Below are positions 21,975 to 32,196 of a stretch of DNA of 64,000 bases, one piece after another. The DNA lies in NCBI GenBank assembly GCA_965205865.1, contig CBDBHR010000029.1:352001-416000 (forward strand), read 5' to 3'. The notes beneath the pieces were generated by a model. That model worked only from the letters and a program-made list of their open reading frames with translations, searched no databases and had not been told where the DNA came from. A program made the translations under genes and the position numbers. This stretch comes from a bacterium (GTDB lineage Bacteria; SAR324; NAC60-12). The stretch's first letter is position 1. Each line of letters opens with the position of its first letter.

Positions 21975-22616
21975 CTAATTGTCTTGTAAAATAGGGGTGA
22001 TCACCCTCTTTCCTTCAACCTTAAGGGAATCCCCGGCAATCCAACCAATGGCCTTTGGCAATATAAGATGTTCTTTTTTTAAGATCCTTGCTGACAGGGT
22101 TGCTTCGGTATCATTTGAAGAAACAGGGACAGTCGCTTGGATGATGATGGGTCCCGTATCGACTCCCTCGTCCACAAAAAATACGGAGCATCCCGTCACT
22201 TTGACTCCATATTTCAATGCTTGCCGCTGGGCATACAATCCCGGAAATGCAGGAAGGAGAGAAGGATGGACATTGATCGATCGGTTTTTCCAATGTTCCA
22301 CAAATGATGAAGAGAGCAGTTTCATATAACCGGCGAGGACAACCAATTCTACTCCATAGACTTCCAAAATTCGGGTCAGTTCCGCATCAAAAGCTTCTCG
22401 GGAATCGAAGGCATGATGAGGAACATATTTCACTTCAATACTATGCCGTTTTGCTCGTTCCAAAGCGAAAGCCGTCTGCGCATTCGAAAGGACAATTTTG
22501 ATATCGATGGGAAGGTTGCCCGATTCTTGTTGATCTATAATAGCTTGCAAATTCGTACCACTTCCCGAAACAAGGACACCCACCGGCAAAGCAGTACGCC
22601 GAAGCGGGGAAGTCAT
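21975..22616 (-). CDS. purN: Phosphoribosylglycinamide formyltransferase
   Basis: SGSGTNLQAI, NVHPSLLP, VDTGPII. Confidence 0.95.
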   Translation of the reverse strand: MTSPLRRTALPVGVLVSGSGTNLQAIIDQQESGNLPIDIKIVLSNAQTAFALERAKRHSIEVKYVPHHAFDSREAFDAELTRILEVYGVELVVLAGYMKLLSSSFVEHWKNRSINVHPSLLPAFPGLYAQRQALKYGVKVTGCSVFFVDEGVDTGPIIIQATVPVSSNDTEATLSARILKKEHLILPKAIGWIAGDSLKVEGKRVITPILQDN

Positions 22617-24403
22617 AAGGAGGACTCCAATCCAGCAATTTTTTGAGATGCAACTATCTTTTGCTCCATTTCTATTTTATGAAGCATCAACTGCATACGA
22701 AGATCCGTATAGCGTAATGAGAGAATTTGCACGGCCAGGATGGCCGCATTCACCGTACCGTCGGTGGCCATTGTAGCAACAGGCACACCCGGTGGCATCT
22801 GGACAATTGCCAGCAGCGCATCCAATCCATTGAGTGTTGAAACAATGGGCACCCCTATTACCGGTTTCGTCGTTTCAGAAGCGACAACCCCCGGAAGATG
22901 GGCCGCCATGCCTGCCACTGCAATAAAAACTTCGATTCCCGTTGATTCCGATTCCCTGATAAATTGGCGTGTCCTTTCAGGAGAACGATGGGCTGAGGAA
23001 ATCCACAACCGGTATCCCACACCAAACTTTTTCAAAATGGCGGTAGCTTTTTGTGCCACTTCCAAATCGCTGGTGCTGCCAAGGACAATCCCCACACTTC
23101 GTTTGGGTCGATTGTCCCGAAAATGCAATAATCCTTTTGCTCCGATATCACGGCGGTAAGTCAGTCCATCCCAATGGATACGGTTGACAACTTGATAGGA
23201 TTCCGCCAGAGCTTTTTCCAAAGTGGACCCCAAGGCGGTCACTCCCAATACCCGTCCTCCATGAGTTCGATAGACGGAACCATCCAATCGCGTACCAGAA
23301 TGGAAGATGTAACGCCAAACCTTCTCATCCTGGGGCTGTTCTAGGGAAAGCGCATCGATTCCAGAGATGATTTTCCCGTTTTCGTATTCTCCCGGATAGC
23401 CTTGAGAAACCAGCATCACACAAGCTGCCGCTTCATGATGCCACTCCGGTTTCTGCTCACTGAGAGTTCCATCCAAGGTGGCAAGAGCCAGTGTGAATAA
23501 ATCGCTTTTCAAACGTATCATCAAAGATTGACATTCAGGATCTCCAAATCGGCAATTGTACTCCACTACCCTGACTCGCTCGCCGTCGATCATCAATCCA
23601 ATATAAAGAACTCCTCTGTAGGGAGAACCTTCTTTTGCCATTCCCATAATGGTTGGTTCAACAATCTGCCGGATTACGATTTTTTCAATTGCAGGCGTAA
23701 TTACCGGAGCCGGAGAACAAGCTCCCATACCCCCCGTATTCAATCCCGTATCCAATTCTCCAATGGTTTTATAATCTTGACAGGAAGGGAGGGATACAAA
23801 ATTTTGCCCGTCAGTGAGAATGAAAAAAGAAGCTTCCTCTCCAGTCATGAATTCTTCAATCACAACGGTTGTACCAGCATCGCCAAATGCTTCGCCGGAG
23901 AGCATTTGATGAACCGTGATTCGCGCCTGATCCAAATCATGACAAATCACCGAACCTTTCCCTGCAGCCAATCCGTTGGCCTTGACCACATAAGGCGCTT
24001 GCAAGGTTTCCAGGTAGGCAAAGGCTTCTATTTCTTCGTGAAAGATACCATAGGCAGCTGTTGGAATATGATGTTGCAACATAAAGTCTTTTGCAAAAGC
24101 TTTACTGCCTTCCAGTGCAGCGGCGGCGGCCCCGGGACCAAATGCTTTGTAACCTCTGGTTTCTATTTTATCAACCAACCCCTCCACCAAATAATCTTCT
24201 TGTCCTACAAAAGTGAGATCAATGTATTCCTGTTGAATAAAAGATAGAATAGCATCATGGTTTTCCAGCGAAACCGGCACCGCATGCGGACGCATACCGT
24301 CGTTTCCCGGAGCAACGAAAACATTTGCGACTCTGGGGCTTTGCTTCATTTTCCAGACAAGGGCATGTTCTCGTCCGCCGCTGCCAATTACTAATACCTT
24401 CAT
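22613..24403 (-). CDS. purD: Fused phosphoribosylamine-glycine ligase (PurD) and PurE
   Basis: PurD motifs GSGGREHA, NTGGMG, RFGDPE, GGRVL, then PurE motifs GSTSD, SAHRSP, AGMAAHLPG, QMPPGVPVAT. Confidence 0.93.
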   Translation of the reverse strand: MKVLVIGSGGREHALVWKMKQSPRVANVFVAPGNDGMRPHAVPVSLENHDAILSFIQQEYIDLTFVGQEDYLVEGLVDKIETRGYKAFGPGAAAAALEGSKAFAKDFMLQHHIPTAAYGIFHEEIEAFAYLETLQAPYVVKANGLAAGKGSVICHDLDQARITVHQMLSGEAFGDAGTTVVIEEFMTGEEASFFILTDGQNFVSLPSCQDYKTIGELDTGLNTGGMGACSPAPVITPAIEKIVIRQIVEPTIMGMAKEGSPYRGVLYIGLMIDGERVRVVEYNCRFGDPECQSLMIRLKSDLFTLALATLDGTLSEQKPEWHHEAAACVMLVSQGYPGEYENGKIISGIDALSLEQPQDEKVWRYIFHSGTRLDGSVYRTHGGRVLGVTALGSTLEKALAESYQVVNRIHWDGLTYRRDIGAKGLLHFRDNRPKRSVGIVLGSTSDLEVAQKATAILKKFGVGYRLWISSAHRSPERTRQFIRESESTGIEVFIAVAGMAAHLPGVVASETTKPVIGVPIVSTLNGLDALLAIVQMPPGVPVATMATDGTVNAAILAVQILSLRYTDLRMQLMLHKIEMEQKIVASQKIAGLESSL

Positions 24404-24423
24404 TCTTCCAGATCAGTCTACAC

Positions 24424-25872
24424 TTATTTTTCAGAAATAATGATATATTGCGATCCCTCTTGATTTTGAATGAGAAACAAGACCCCTTCCTCAATATCAG
24501 CCGCTTTGATAGCTGCTTTGAAACTGTCCAGATTAGTGATTGGGTGGCGATCCACTTCCACTATCAATGTTCCGACTTCCAAGTTGGCTTTGTCAGCAGG
24601 AGATTGAGGTTCAATCTTAGTAATCAGGGCACCCGTTCCGGGTTCATAACCGTATTGCTCTGCTGTTTTTTGTGTTAGATCTTCAACGCTGATTCCCAGA
24701 AAGGAATCTTCTTCCGGTTGCGTTTGAGTCATGAGAGGATTCTTTGGTCTTTCCTCCAGCTTGACCTTGATGGTTTCTGTTTTGCCATCGCGGAAAATCT
24801 CAATTTCCACAATCGTATTGGCCCTGGCAACTGCAACCATATTGCGAAACTGGGCGCTGTTACGAATGGTTCTCCCATTAAACGCAATGACGACGTCTCC
24901 TTTTTGAATACCTGCTTTGCCGGCCGGCGTATTTTTAAAAACCATTGTGATAAGGGAGCCATTTGTACTTTCCAACCCAAATGCCTTGGCCAGTCTTCCG
25001 TCAACATCCTGAATCCCTACTCCCAACCAACCTCGTGATACACTGCCTTTACTGATCAAATCTTCCATGATTTGGCGTGCCATATTGATTGGAACCGCAA
25101 AACCAACGCCCTGATAACTACCACTTCGTGTAAAGATTGCGGTATTCACGCCTATGATTTCTCCTCTTAGATTAATCAAAGGTCCACCGCTATTTCCCGG
25201 ATTGATTGCCGCATCGGTTTGAATAAAATCCTCGTAATCGGTGATGCCAATGTTGGTTCTTCCTTTTGCGCTGATGATTCCAAGAGTCACGGTTCGTGAC
25301 AAGCCAAATGGATTACCAATGGCAATCACCGATTCCCCCACATCCATGAGGTCCGAATCGCCGAAAGGAAGCACTGGTAACTCGACTCCGTCAATCTTAA
25401 TCACGGCAAGGTCAGAAGGTGGATCGGTGCCAATCAGTTTGGCTTCCATCTGCCTGCCGTCACTCAACATGACAAGAATTTTGTCGGCGCTACCAACTAC
25501 GTGATTGTTTGTCAAAATGTAGCCATTCTTGTCGAGAATTGACCCTGATCCCATCCCTTCCTGTCTGAATCTTCGAGGCATATCCGGAGAATCGGGACGT
25601 TGCGGGGAAAAACGATCAAATAATTCATTGTTGGATGGATTCTGATTGCCAAATCTCTGGCCTTGTTGCATTATCTCGACTTCAATATGCACGACTGCAT
25701 CCTGTACCTTTTTGACAATAACCGCCCGCGCTTTTGAAGCAAGGATGAGGGCTTTCATGGCATTTTCCACTTCGGCTTCGTCAGCAAACACAAACTTTGC
25801 CAGCATAAGGAATAATAAACTCAAAACCAATAATTCTTTTTTACACTTCACCATTTTTGTTATTCTCGACAT
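24424..25872 (-). CDS. degP: DegP/HtrA (Do) serine protease with two PDZ domains
   Basis: LTNNHVV, DLAVIKI, QTDAAINPGNSGG. Start position uncertain. Confidence 0.9.
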   Translation of the reverse strand: MSRITKMVKCKKELLVLSLLFLMLAKFVFADEAEVENAMKALILASKARAVIVKKVQDAVVHIEVEIMQQGQRFGNQNPSNNELFDRFSPQRPDSPDMPRRFRQEGMGSGSILDKNGYILTNNHVVGSADKILVMLSDGRQMEAKLIGTDPPSDLAVIKIDGVELPVLPFGDSDLMDVGESVIAIGNPFGLSRTVTLGIISAKGRTNIGITDYEDFIQTDAAINPGNSGGPLINLRGEIIGVNTAIFTRSGSYQGVGFAVPINMARQIMEDLISKGSVSRGWLGVGIQDVDGRLAKAFGLESTNGSLITMVFKNTPAGKAGIQKGDVVIAFNGRTIRNSAQFRNMVAVARANTIVEIEIFRDGKTETIKVKLEERPKNPLMTQTQPEEDSFLGISVEDLTQKTAEQYGYEPGTGALITKIEPQSPADKANLEVGTLIVEVDRHPITNLDSFKAAIKAADIEEGVLFLIQNQEGSQYIIISEK

Positions 25873-26169
25873 TGTATGAACATCCTCCTTCTTCTCCTTT
25901 ATCCCGAAAGCGGCTTGCAACATGTTTGGAACATTTTTGACAATAATTTTTCTTAGTATAAATGTCCAGATCAAAAAATCAAATAATTCCGTCCATGCTG
26001 AATATAAACAGGCATCTTCTTTGTTTACAAATTTCTCAGAAACTTGTATAGTTACATCACACAATAAACCTCATGAATCTTTTTGAGTGAAAGAAGGAAA
26101 TTGAGACGACCATGTACTCTTCAAAACCGCTTTCAGCAAACCCAATACCCTGATTTGGAAAGGATCTTT

Positions 26170-27651
26170 ATGTTGAAAGAGAGAATGGATTCGAGTTTGA
26201 CGTTTGATGATATCTTGCTAATTCCCGATTATTCGGATGTCTTACCACACCATTGTTCCATCCAAACACGACTCACCAAGAATCTCAGGTTGAATATTCC
26301 TTTGGTCAGTGCGGCAATGGATACCGTGACAGAATTTCATACCGCCATTGCGATAGCGCAAGAGGGAGGAATCGGTACAATTCATAAAAACATGTCCATA
26401 GCCGAGCAAGCGCGACATGTCGGAAAAGTCAAACGTTCCGAAAGTGGAATGATCACCGATCCAATTACAGTGTCTCCTGAACAACCCGTTCGGGATGCAA
26501 TGGAACTGATGCAACAAGAGCATATATCCGGAGTGCCGGTCACCCAAGGAAAGGAATTGGTAGGCATTTTAACCAACAGAGATTTGCGATTTGAAACCAA
26601 TTTTGAACAGCAAATTGCAGCAGTGATGACTAAAGGACGGGACAAATTGATCACGGTTTCGCCGAACATTGATCTGGAAGAAGCAAAAAAATTGTTGCAC
26701 TACCATCGGATCGAAAAATTGTTGGTCGTTTCCAATTCTTACGAATTAGTGGGTTTGATTACTATCAAAGACATCGAAAAATCCAGGCAATACCCCAACG
26801 CAAACAAAGATGGAGCCGGTCGGCTTCGAGTGGGAGCAGCCATCGGTGTTTCTCGAGATTTGCCGGAAAGAGTGGAAGCTTTGATTCAGGCAGGTGTGGA
26901 TGTCGTCATTTTTGACACCGCTCATGGACACTCCAAAGATGTATTGGAAAATATTTCTCTGTTGCGTACTACTTTTCCGGATTTGGAAATGATTGGGGGC
27001 AATGTTGCGACCGCAGAGGCGGCACAAGCTCTCATCAAAACAGGAGTGGATGCTGTGAAAGTGGGGGTCGGTCCGGGGTCCATTTGTACGACAAGAATGA
27101 TTGCTGGAGTCGGAATACCGCAAATCACAGCAATCGATCAGGTGCGTTCCGTTACAGATCGCTACGATATTCCTTTGATTTCAGATGGGGGGATCAAGTA
27201 TTCCGGTGACGTAGTAAAAGCCTTGGCTTGCGGTGCGCATTCGGTGATGTTGGGCAATGCCCTGGCCGGAACAACTGAAACACCGGGCACCGTGATCCTT
27301 TATCAAGGACGGCGCTATAAAATGTATCGTGGAATGGGATCGACAGGAGCGATGAAAGAAGGCAGCAAAGACCGTTATTTCCAAAACGCGGTCGAAGATA
27401 TGAAGCTGGTGCCCGAAGGCATTGAAGGCCGGGTTCCTTACAAAGGTCCTCTGGCAGAAACGCTTCATCAATTCATCGGAGGATTGCGTGCCGGTATGGG
27501 TTACACGGGGTGTCGAACTATAGAAGAACTGCGTACTAAACCTCGCTTTGTCAAACTCACCAATGCGGGTCTGAAAGAAAGCCACGTCCATGATGTATTC
27601 ATAACCGAGGAAGCGCCAAACTATCCCGCTACGAAAGCCAATCCTTTCTAA
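26170..27651 (+). CDS. guaB: IMP dehydrogenase
   Basis: [11 protein letters not shown] pair, [24 protein letters not shown]. Confidence 0.97.
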   Translation: MLKERMDSSLTFDDILLIPDYSDVLPHHCSIQTRLTKNLRLNIPLVSAAMDTVTEFHTAIAIAQEGGIGTIHKNMSIAEQARHVGKVKRSESGMITDPITVSPEQPVRDAMELMQQEHISGVPVTQGKELVGILTNRDLRFETNFEQQIAAVMTKGRDKLITVSPNIDLEEAKKLLHYHRIEKLLVVSNSYELVGLITIKDIEKSRQYPNANKDGAGRLRVGAAIGVSRDLPERVEALIQAGVDVVIFDTAHGHSKDVLENISLLRTTFPDLEMIGGNVATAEAAQALIKTGVDAVKVGVGPGSICTTRMIAGVGIPQITAIDQVRSVTDRYDIPLISDGGIKYSGDVVKALACGAHSVMLGNALAGTTETPGTVILYQGRRYKMYRGMGSTGAMKEGSKDRYFQNAVEDMKLVPEGIEGRVPYKGPLAETLHQFIGGLRAGMGYTGCRTIEELRTKPRFVKLTNAGLKESHVHDVFITEEAPNYPATKANPF

Positions 27652-27724
27652 TCTAATTTAATTCCTATGAACAAAAGCAAAATCCCTGCTGAGTTGCGCC
27701 ACGTTTGTCTTCTTTGATATCCCT

Positions 27725-28774
27725 ATGAAGTTTTTGCGAACTATCCAACAAATCAGCCTGGCAATTGCCCTTACGCTCACCATGGGCTGCGCCTTTCAAT
27801 ATAGAGAAGGCCAGGAACTTGAAGAAAAGGGACGTTTGGAAGAAGCAGCCATTGCCTACCAGTCAGCCTTTGTTGAAGACCCGGGCAATGAAGAGATTCT
27901 GGAAGCGTTGCAACGTACCAACAAAAAGGTGGCAGAAGAAAATCTGCAACGATACCAAGGTTATTTAGATAAACGGCAGTTTCAGAAAGCATATCGTCGT
28001 TTGAACGCGGCTGCTATTCAAAATCCGGCATCAACCAAAGTGCAATCGGAACAATCTCATTGGCATAAAATATTGATTGCTGGAAAAATATCCTTTCAAT
28101 TTGACCGGTTGCAGGCCAATATTCGATTGGCAGAAACGATGCAGCTTCAAATCCTCGTCAAATCCCCTTCCGGGCAAATACTGACTGCCGATATCTCCAA
28201 CGAAACCGGTTTGTTTTTCATGGAAGACTTGCTGTATCAAATTGACCTTGAGAAAATCCCTCTTTATTCAATCAATGCCATCGGATTGAAATTGGAGCGC
28301 ATAACTGACAATCAAGAAACCGAGCAAGAATTTCAAAATTTCGTCAATTTCCGCGGATTGCTTTTTGAAGGCGGCACTGGCAGGCTCCGCATACAGTCCG
28401 AAGTTCCAGTCCACGCGGTTGTGTCACATCGGATGCAATTGATCGATTCTCAATCTTCCACTATCCACCCATGGTTTCCTCCCCGCCTCATTCGGTATTC
28501 TCTTCTGCTCCAAGACGATGAAATTCAAGTGATCACTGAAGAGAGAATCGAATTCATGCCGGATGTGCTCTATCTCAATAATGCTCAGCAACGTGCCTTT
28601 GTTGATTTTGGCGTTTTTCAGTTGACCTTAAATCCTCAATCACAAGTATGGAGCATCAGTAAAGTGCCATATCAGATTCCTGCAGAAGATTATTTCCATC
28701 AATTTTCTAAAAACTTGGCACTCTCTCCGTATTTTTCTTACAGGGAGGGAGCATACCGGTATTTGAAAAAATGA
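27725..28774 (+). CDS. Putative lipoprotein with N-terminal TPR-like helices
   Basis: Lipobox-like LTMGC followed by a helical repeat region. Confidence 0.6.
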   Translation: MKFLRTIQQISLAIALTLTMGCAFQYREGQELEEKGRLEEAAIAYQSAFVEDPGNEEILEALQRTNKKVAEENLQRYQGYLDKRQFQKAYRRLNAAAIQNPASTKVQSEQSHWHKILIAGKISFQFDRLQANIRLAETMQLQILVKSPSGQILTADISNETGLFFMEDLLYQIDLEKIPLYSINAIGLKLERITDNQETEQEFQNFVNFRGLLFEGGTGRLRIQSEVPVHAVVSHRMQLIDSQSSTIHPWFPPRLIRYSLLLQDDEIQVITEERIEFMPDVLYLNNAQQRAFVDFGVFQLTLNPQSQVWSISKVPYQIPAEDYFHQFSKNLALSPYFSYREGAYRYLKK

Positions 28775-28801
28775 AAGCACTTCTTCCTTCTGTTTGGGAT
28801 T

Positions 28802-30037
28802 ATGAAGCAATTCTTCACGATAGCTGGCATGTGGCTATGCATGAGTACCCAATTGATGGCAACTCCGGGAGTCACAGAAAGTGAAATCCTCATCGGCAGT
28901 CATCAGCCCTTGTCGGGACCAGCAGCTCAATTTGCGGTTATCAGCAAAAGCACTGAAATCTATTTCCGTTATATCAACGATCACGGGGGGATTCATGGGC
29001 GTCGTCTCCAATATCTCTATTTGGATGATGGGTTTCTACCTGAGCAAACCCGGATTGTTGCACGACGTTTGGTCTTGCGGGATTCAGTGTTCCTTTTGCT
29101 AAATGGTTTAGGGACCCGTTCCCATTCAGCAGTAGCGAATTGGTTGCAAGCATTGAAAATTCCGGATTTCTTTGTTGGGTCCAGTGATCCTCAATGGGTG
29201 GAACCTTTGAAAGAAACCGTCTTTGGATTCTATCCGCCTCCCCGAATTGAGGGAAGAATACTGGCTAAGCATCTGCTTCAATCGTTTCAAGGAGGCCGTA
29301 TTGTCGTTTGGTATCGTGATGATCCTATTATGAAACAAACAAGTGGATATTTTTCCGAGTTGTTGATGCAGAAGGATTTATTTTCGGAGCAAATGCCAAG
29401 TCTGATCAGTGAATTGGATTTGTTCTCTGCTCCGGAGCAATTCAAGCAACGGAATCGTTTTCAGGTTGAGCAGGTATCACATCCAGTGATAGGATTGGAT
29501 TTGAACGCTAGTCTGGAGCAAATCAAGCAGTTGAATCCGCAAATTTTAGTGCTTTTCACTACTCCCCAACCTGCCGTAGAAATTCTTCAGCAATTATCGC
29601 GAATAGACTTTTCGGGCAGCATATATTTAGGACTCGATTTGGCGGATAGCCGTCTGTTGGAATGGGTGGGGCCCCCCGCTATGGAAGGTGTTTCGGTGTT
29701 GATCGCCCATCCTCTCATTTCGCAAACAGAACACCCGGGTATTCAGTTGCACGATGCTTTACTTCGAGAGTATGCTCCTGAATTGGAGATGAATCGTTGG
29801 ACAATTTATGGACAAGCAGTGGCAGAGTTGATGGTGGAGATTTTGTTCCGCAGTGGTAGCGAATTAACCCGCAATCACGTGATTTACACTGCCGAACAAT
29901 TGGACCAATGGCAGGGATTGCTCAATCCACCCATCACCCTCAGCTCTCAAAATCATCTGCCCATCAGCCAATTGAAAGTGGCGCAGGTAAAGGAGGGGAA
30001 GTTCGAAGTCATTTCAGATTGGATTGATGCCCAATGA
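28802..30037 (+). CDS. Branched-chain amino acid-type ABC substrate-binding protein
   Basis: PGVTESEILIG..PLSGP, INDHGGIHGR. Confidence 0.85.
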   Translation: MKQFFTIAGMWLCMSTQLMATPGVTESEILIGSHQPLSGPAAQFAVISKSTEIYFRYINDHGGIHGRRLQYLYLDDGFLPEQTRIVARRLVLRDSVFLLLNGLGTRSHSAVANWLQALKIPDFFVGSSDPQWVEPLKETVFGFYPPPRIEGRILAKHLLQSFQGGRIVVWYRDDPIMKQTSGYFSELLMQKDLFSEQMPSLISELDLFSAPEQFKQRNRFQVEQVSHPVIGLDLNASLEQIKQLNPQILVLFTTPQPAVEILQQLSRIDFSGSIYLGLDLADSRLLEWVGPPAMEGVSVLIAHPLISQTEHPGIQLHDALLREYAPELEMNRWTIYGQAVAELMVEILFRSGSELTRNHVIYTAEQLDQWQGLLNPPITLSSQNHLPISQLKVAQVKEGKFEVISDWIDAQ

Positions 30038-30654
30038 CCACGGTGTTTCCATTCCCCTGGCCTTCGGCAGCGGAATCTCAGATCCGATCTTGTCTGCAAG
30101 AAGGAAGAACAATTGTTTTCCCAACCGAGACTATCTATGCATTGGGAGGAAATGCATGGTCAGCACCTCTTGTGGAACGTATTTTTCAGATCAAACAACG
30201 CCCCCGGCAAAAACCTCTTCCGCTCTTGATCGATCCTCAATGGCTACCTCGGTTCAGTATCGGCACTTCAATCCTGATTGAAGAACTGATCCGGCAATTC
30301 TGGCCAGGACCTCTCACCCTGATTGTACCTGCTGACCCCGATCTGCCTCGCTTTTTAAAGAGCCCTCATGAAACCGTTGCTGTTCGTCATTCCAACTCTC
30401 CTGTTGTGCAGAAACTAATTTCTGCAGGACGATGCCCCTTGATCGGCACCAGCGCCAATTTGAGCAATTCACCAGAAAATCAAAGACCCTGTGAAGTTTT
30501 GGATCAACTTGATGGTGCAATCGATTTATTGATCGACGGAGGAAAAACTCCGGGAGTGCAACCTTCTACTATCGTCGATACCACCAAAAGGCCTTTTCGA
30601 ATTGTCCGACCTGGCCTCATCTCTTCCAAAGATTTGCAGCCCTATCTTCAGTGA
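30034..30654 (+). CDS. tsaC: L-threonylcarbamoyladenylate synthase (YrdC/Sua5)
   Basis: FPTETIYALG, KQRP..KP, FWPGPLT, TSANLS, PSTIVD. Confidence 0.9.
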   Translation: MTTVFPFPWPSAAESQIRSCLQEGRTIVFPTETIYALGGNAWSAPLVERIFQIKQRPRQKPLPLLIDPQWLPRFSIGTSILIEELIRQFWPGPLTLIVPADPDLPRFLKSPHETVAVRHSNSPVVQKLISAGRCPLIGTSANLSNSPENQRPCEVLDQLDGAIDLLIDGGKTPGVQPSTIVDTTKRPFRIVRPGLISSKDLQPYLQ

Positions 30655-31283
30655 GTATCGCTATTATCGGGTTCGATATTCCAATACTCCACGGCCCATT
30701 TTTGATTCTCTGTCACCAGAGAGGAGATAGCTCCCGTAGAAATTTTCAATGAATATTGCTGCCTGAATGCTTGAAAATTTCCCGTTAAATGAGGTGCAAA
30801 CCTCGCAATACCATTGCTTGTCACCACCAATACAGTCTGACCTGGATGCACTTTGCAAATTTTTCTGGCAAAATCAGACCAGTTTTGCGCAATTTGCTGG
30901 GGATCGATCTGCCACCCGGGGGGAACACGAGCTTCGCTCTCCCATAGTTGCAATGATTCCTTGCCAATGCGCGCAATGATTTCTTCTTCTGTTTTTCCTT
31001 CATCGATATCGTAATCGACCTCGTCAAACAAAGAACACGGAACAACATCCAGAGCAAATCCGGCTGACTGTATCGCCGTGCATGCCGTTTGATAGCCTCG
31101 TTTCAGCCTGCTGCTGTACACTGCCCTCAAGTCGGGGTGGTTTTTCTTTAGAAATTTTCCCAGCAAAACCGCCTGTATCCGACCGCTTTCCACCAAAGGA
31201 AAATCACTGCGAAGGCCCATACGTAGCGGTATTGCACCGGGTTCAATAGTATTACCATGCCTTGCGATCAACAATCGATTCAT
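30648..31283 (-). CDS. Histidine phosphatase family protein
   Basis: RHG motif (IARHGNT) and SSRLKR. Confidence 0.85.
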   Translation of the reverse strand: MNRLLIARHGNTIEPGAIPLRMGLRSDFPLVESGRIQAVLLGKFLKKNHPDLRAVYSSRLKRGYQTACTAIQSAGFALDVVPCSLFDEVDYDIDEGKTEEEIIARIGKESLQLWESEARVPPGWQIDPQQIAQNWSDFARKICKVHPGQTVLVVTSNGIARFAPHLTGNFQAFRQQYSLKISTGAISSLVTENQKWAVEYWNIEPDNSDTH

Positions 31284-31287
31284 AAAA

Positions 31288-31314
31288 TGGGGTCAGGCTT
31301 GCATATTTGTATTT
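31288..31314 (+). repeat. REP-like repeat flanking the RAYT gene (empty intron target)
   Basis: TGGGGTCAGGCTTGCATATTTGTATTT. Reverse complement matches the reconstructed flanks of the introns at 32197 and 36706. Confidence 0.8.
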
Positions 31315-31329
31315 AGGAATTGTCTCAAG

Positions 31330-32083
31330 TGTAGGAGTTCTTCAGCCAACCTTGGATCGACTCTCGTCTGGGTTTCCAAGGCAATGCGTTGTCGGCTCAA
31401 CGAGGAAAGGTCTCTTTGAAAATACTAAGCCACCTCCTGTAAGAGCCCGGCCTTTTCCGTATAAAAGAGCGCCACCCTTCCTCGTAATTTCGTCATCTCC
31501 CGGCTTCGTCGTTTTTCTTGCAATCGAACTACTGGCTGACCATAGAAGCGGTAAACCCAGTGAGCGATTTCTGATAAATCAGCAAAAGTGAAGAGAGCGG
31601 GAGACAGGGCAGTCGTAGGAACGTCAAGGGAGTTTTGAAACTCCTCATCACCCAAGAGACTGCCTTCTCGGGTTCCACGATGAAAGTCCTCGCGACGGCC
31701 CTCGTTCATGCCTTTCAAAACAAAACGTTTATATTGCACTTGAGGAGGTTTTCCCGATTTGCCAAACTGTTTCAGGATCCAATCGGTGCTCAACCAGTGA
31801 CAAACAACCTCTCCGGAATAGGTTCGATATCCATTTCAAGGATAAGCTTCCGGGCGTTTGACAAGGTTGGCACGGACAGGGTTGAGGTGAATATAGCGCA
31901 CTAATTCCAGTAAATAAGTGTCTGCATCCACCAAAATTGCTTTATATCGTCCTTGAAACAGATGACCGGTCCGTCACTGGTTTTTGTTTATTAGCCGGGT
32001 GTAGCGAAAGGAGAGGTTTTGCTGCCTCGCAGCATCGCATGATACACGGCCCCAGGATAATGAATTCGTTGTTTGCGTGCCAT
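31330..32083 (-). pseudogene. REP-associated tyrosine (HUH/Y1) transposase, degraded
   Basis: Begins MARKQRIHYPGAVYHAMLRG. Later segments TDWILKQFG...YKRFV...LLGDEEF are typical of RAYT C-termini. Frameshifts and deletions present. Confidence 0.75.
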
Positions 32084-32196
32084 CGCTCTTTTTGCAAAAT
32101 CTCCACGGCCGCTCCTAATCACCAAAGGTCTCGGGAGGAGACCATGACTCAATCCTATGTCTAGGCCTTTTCTAACAAATTAAATACCAATATGCA

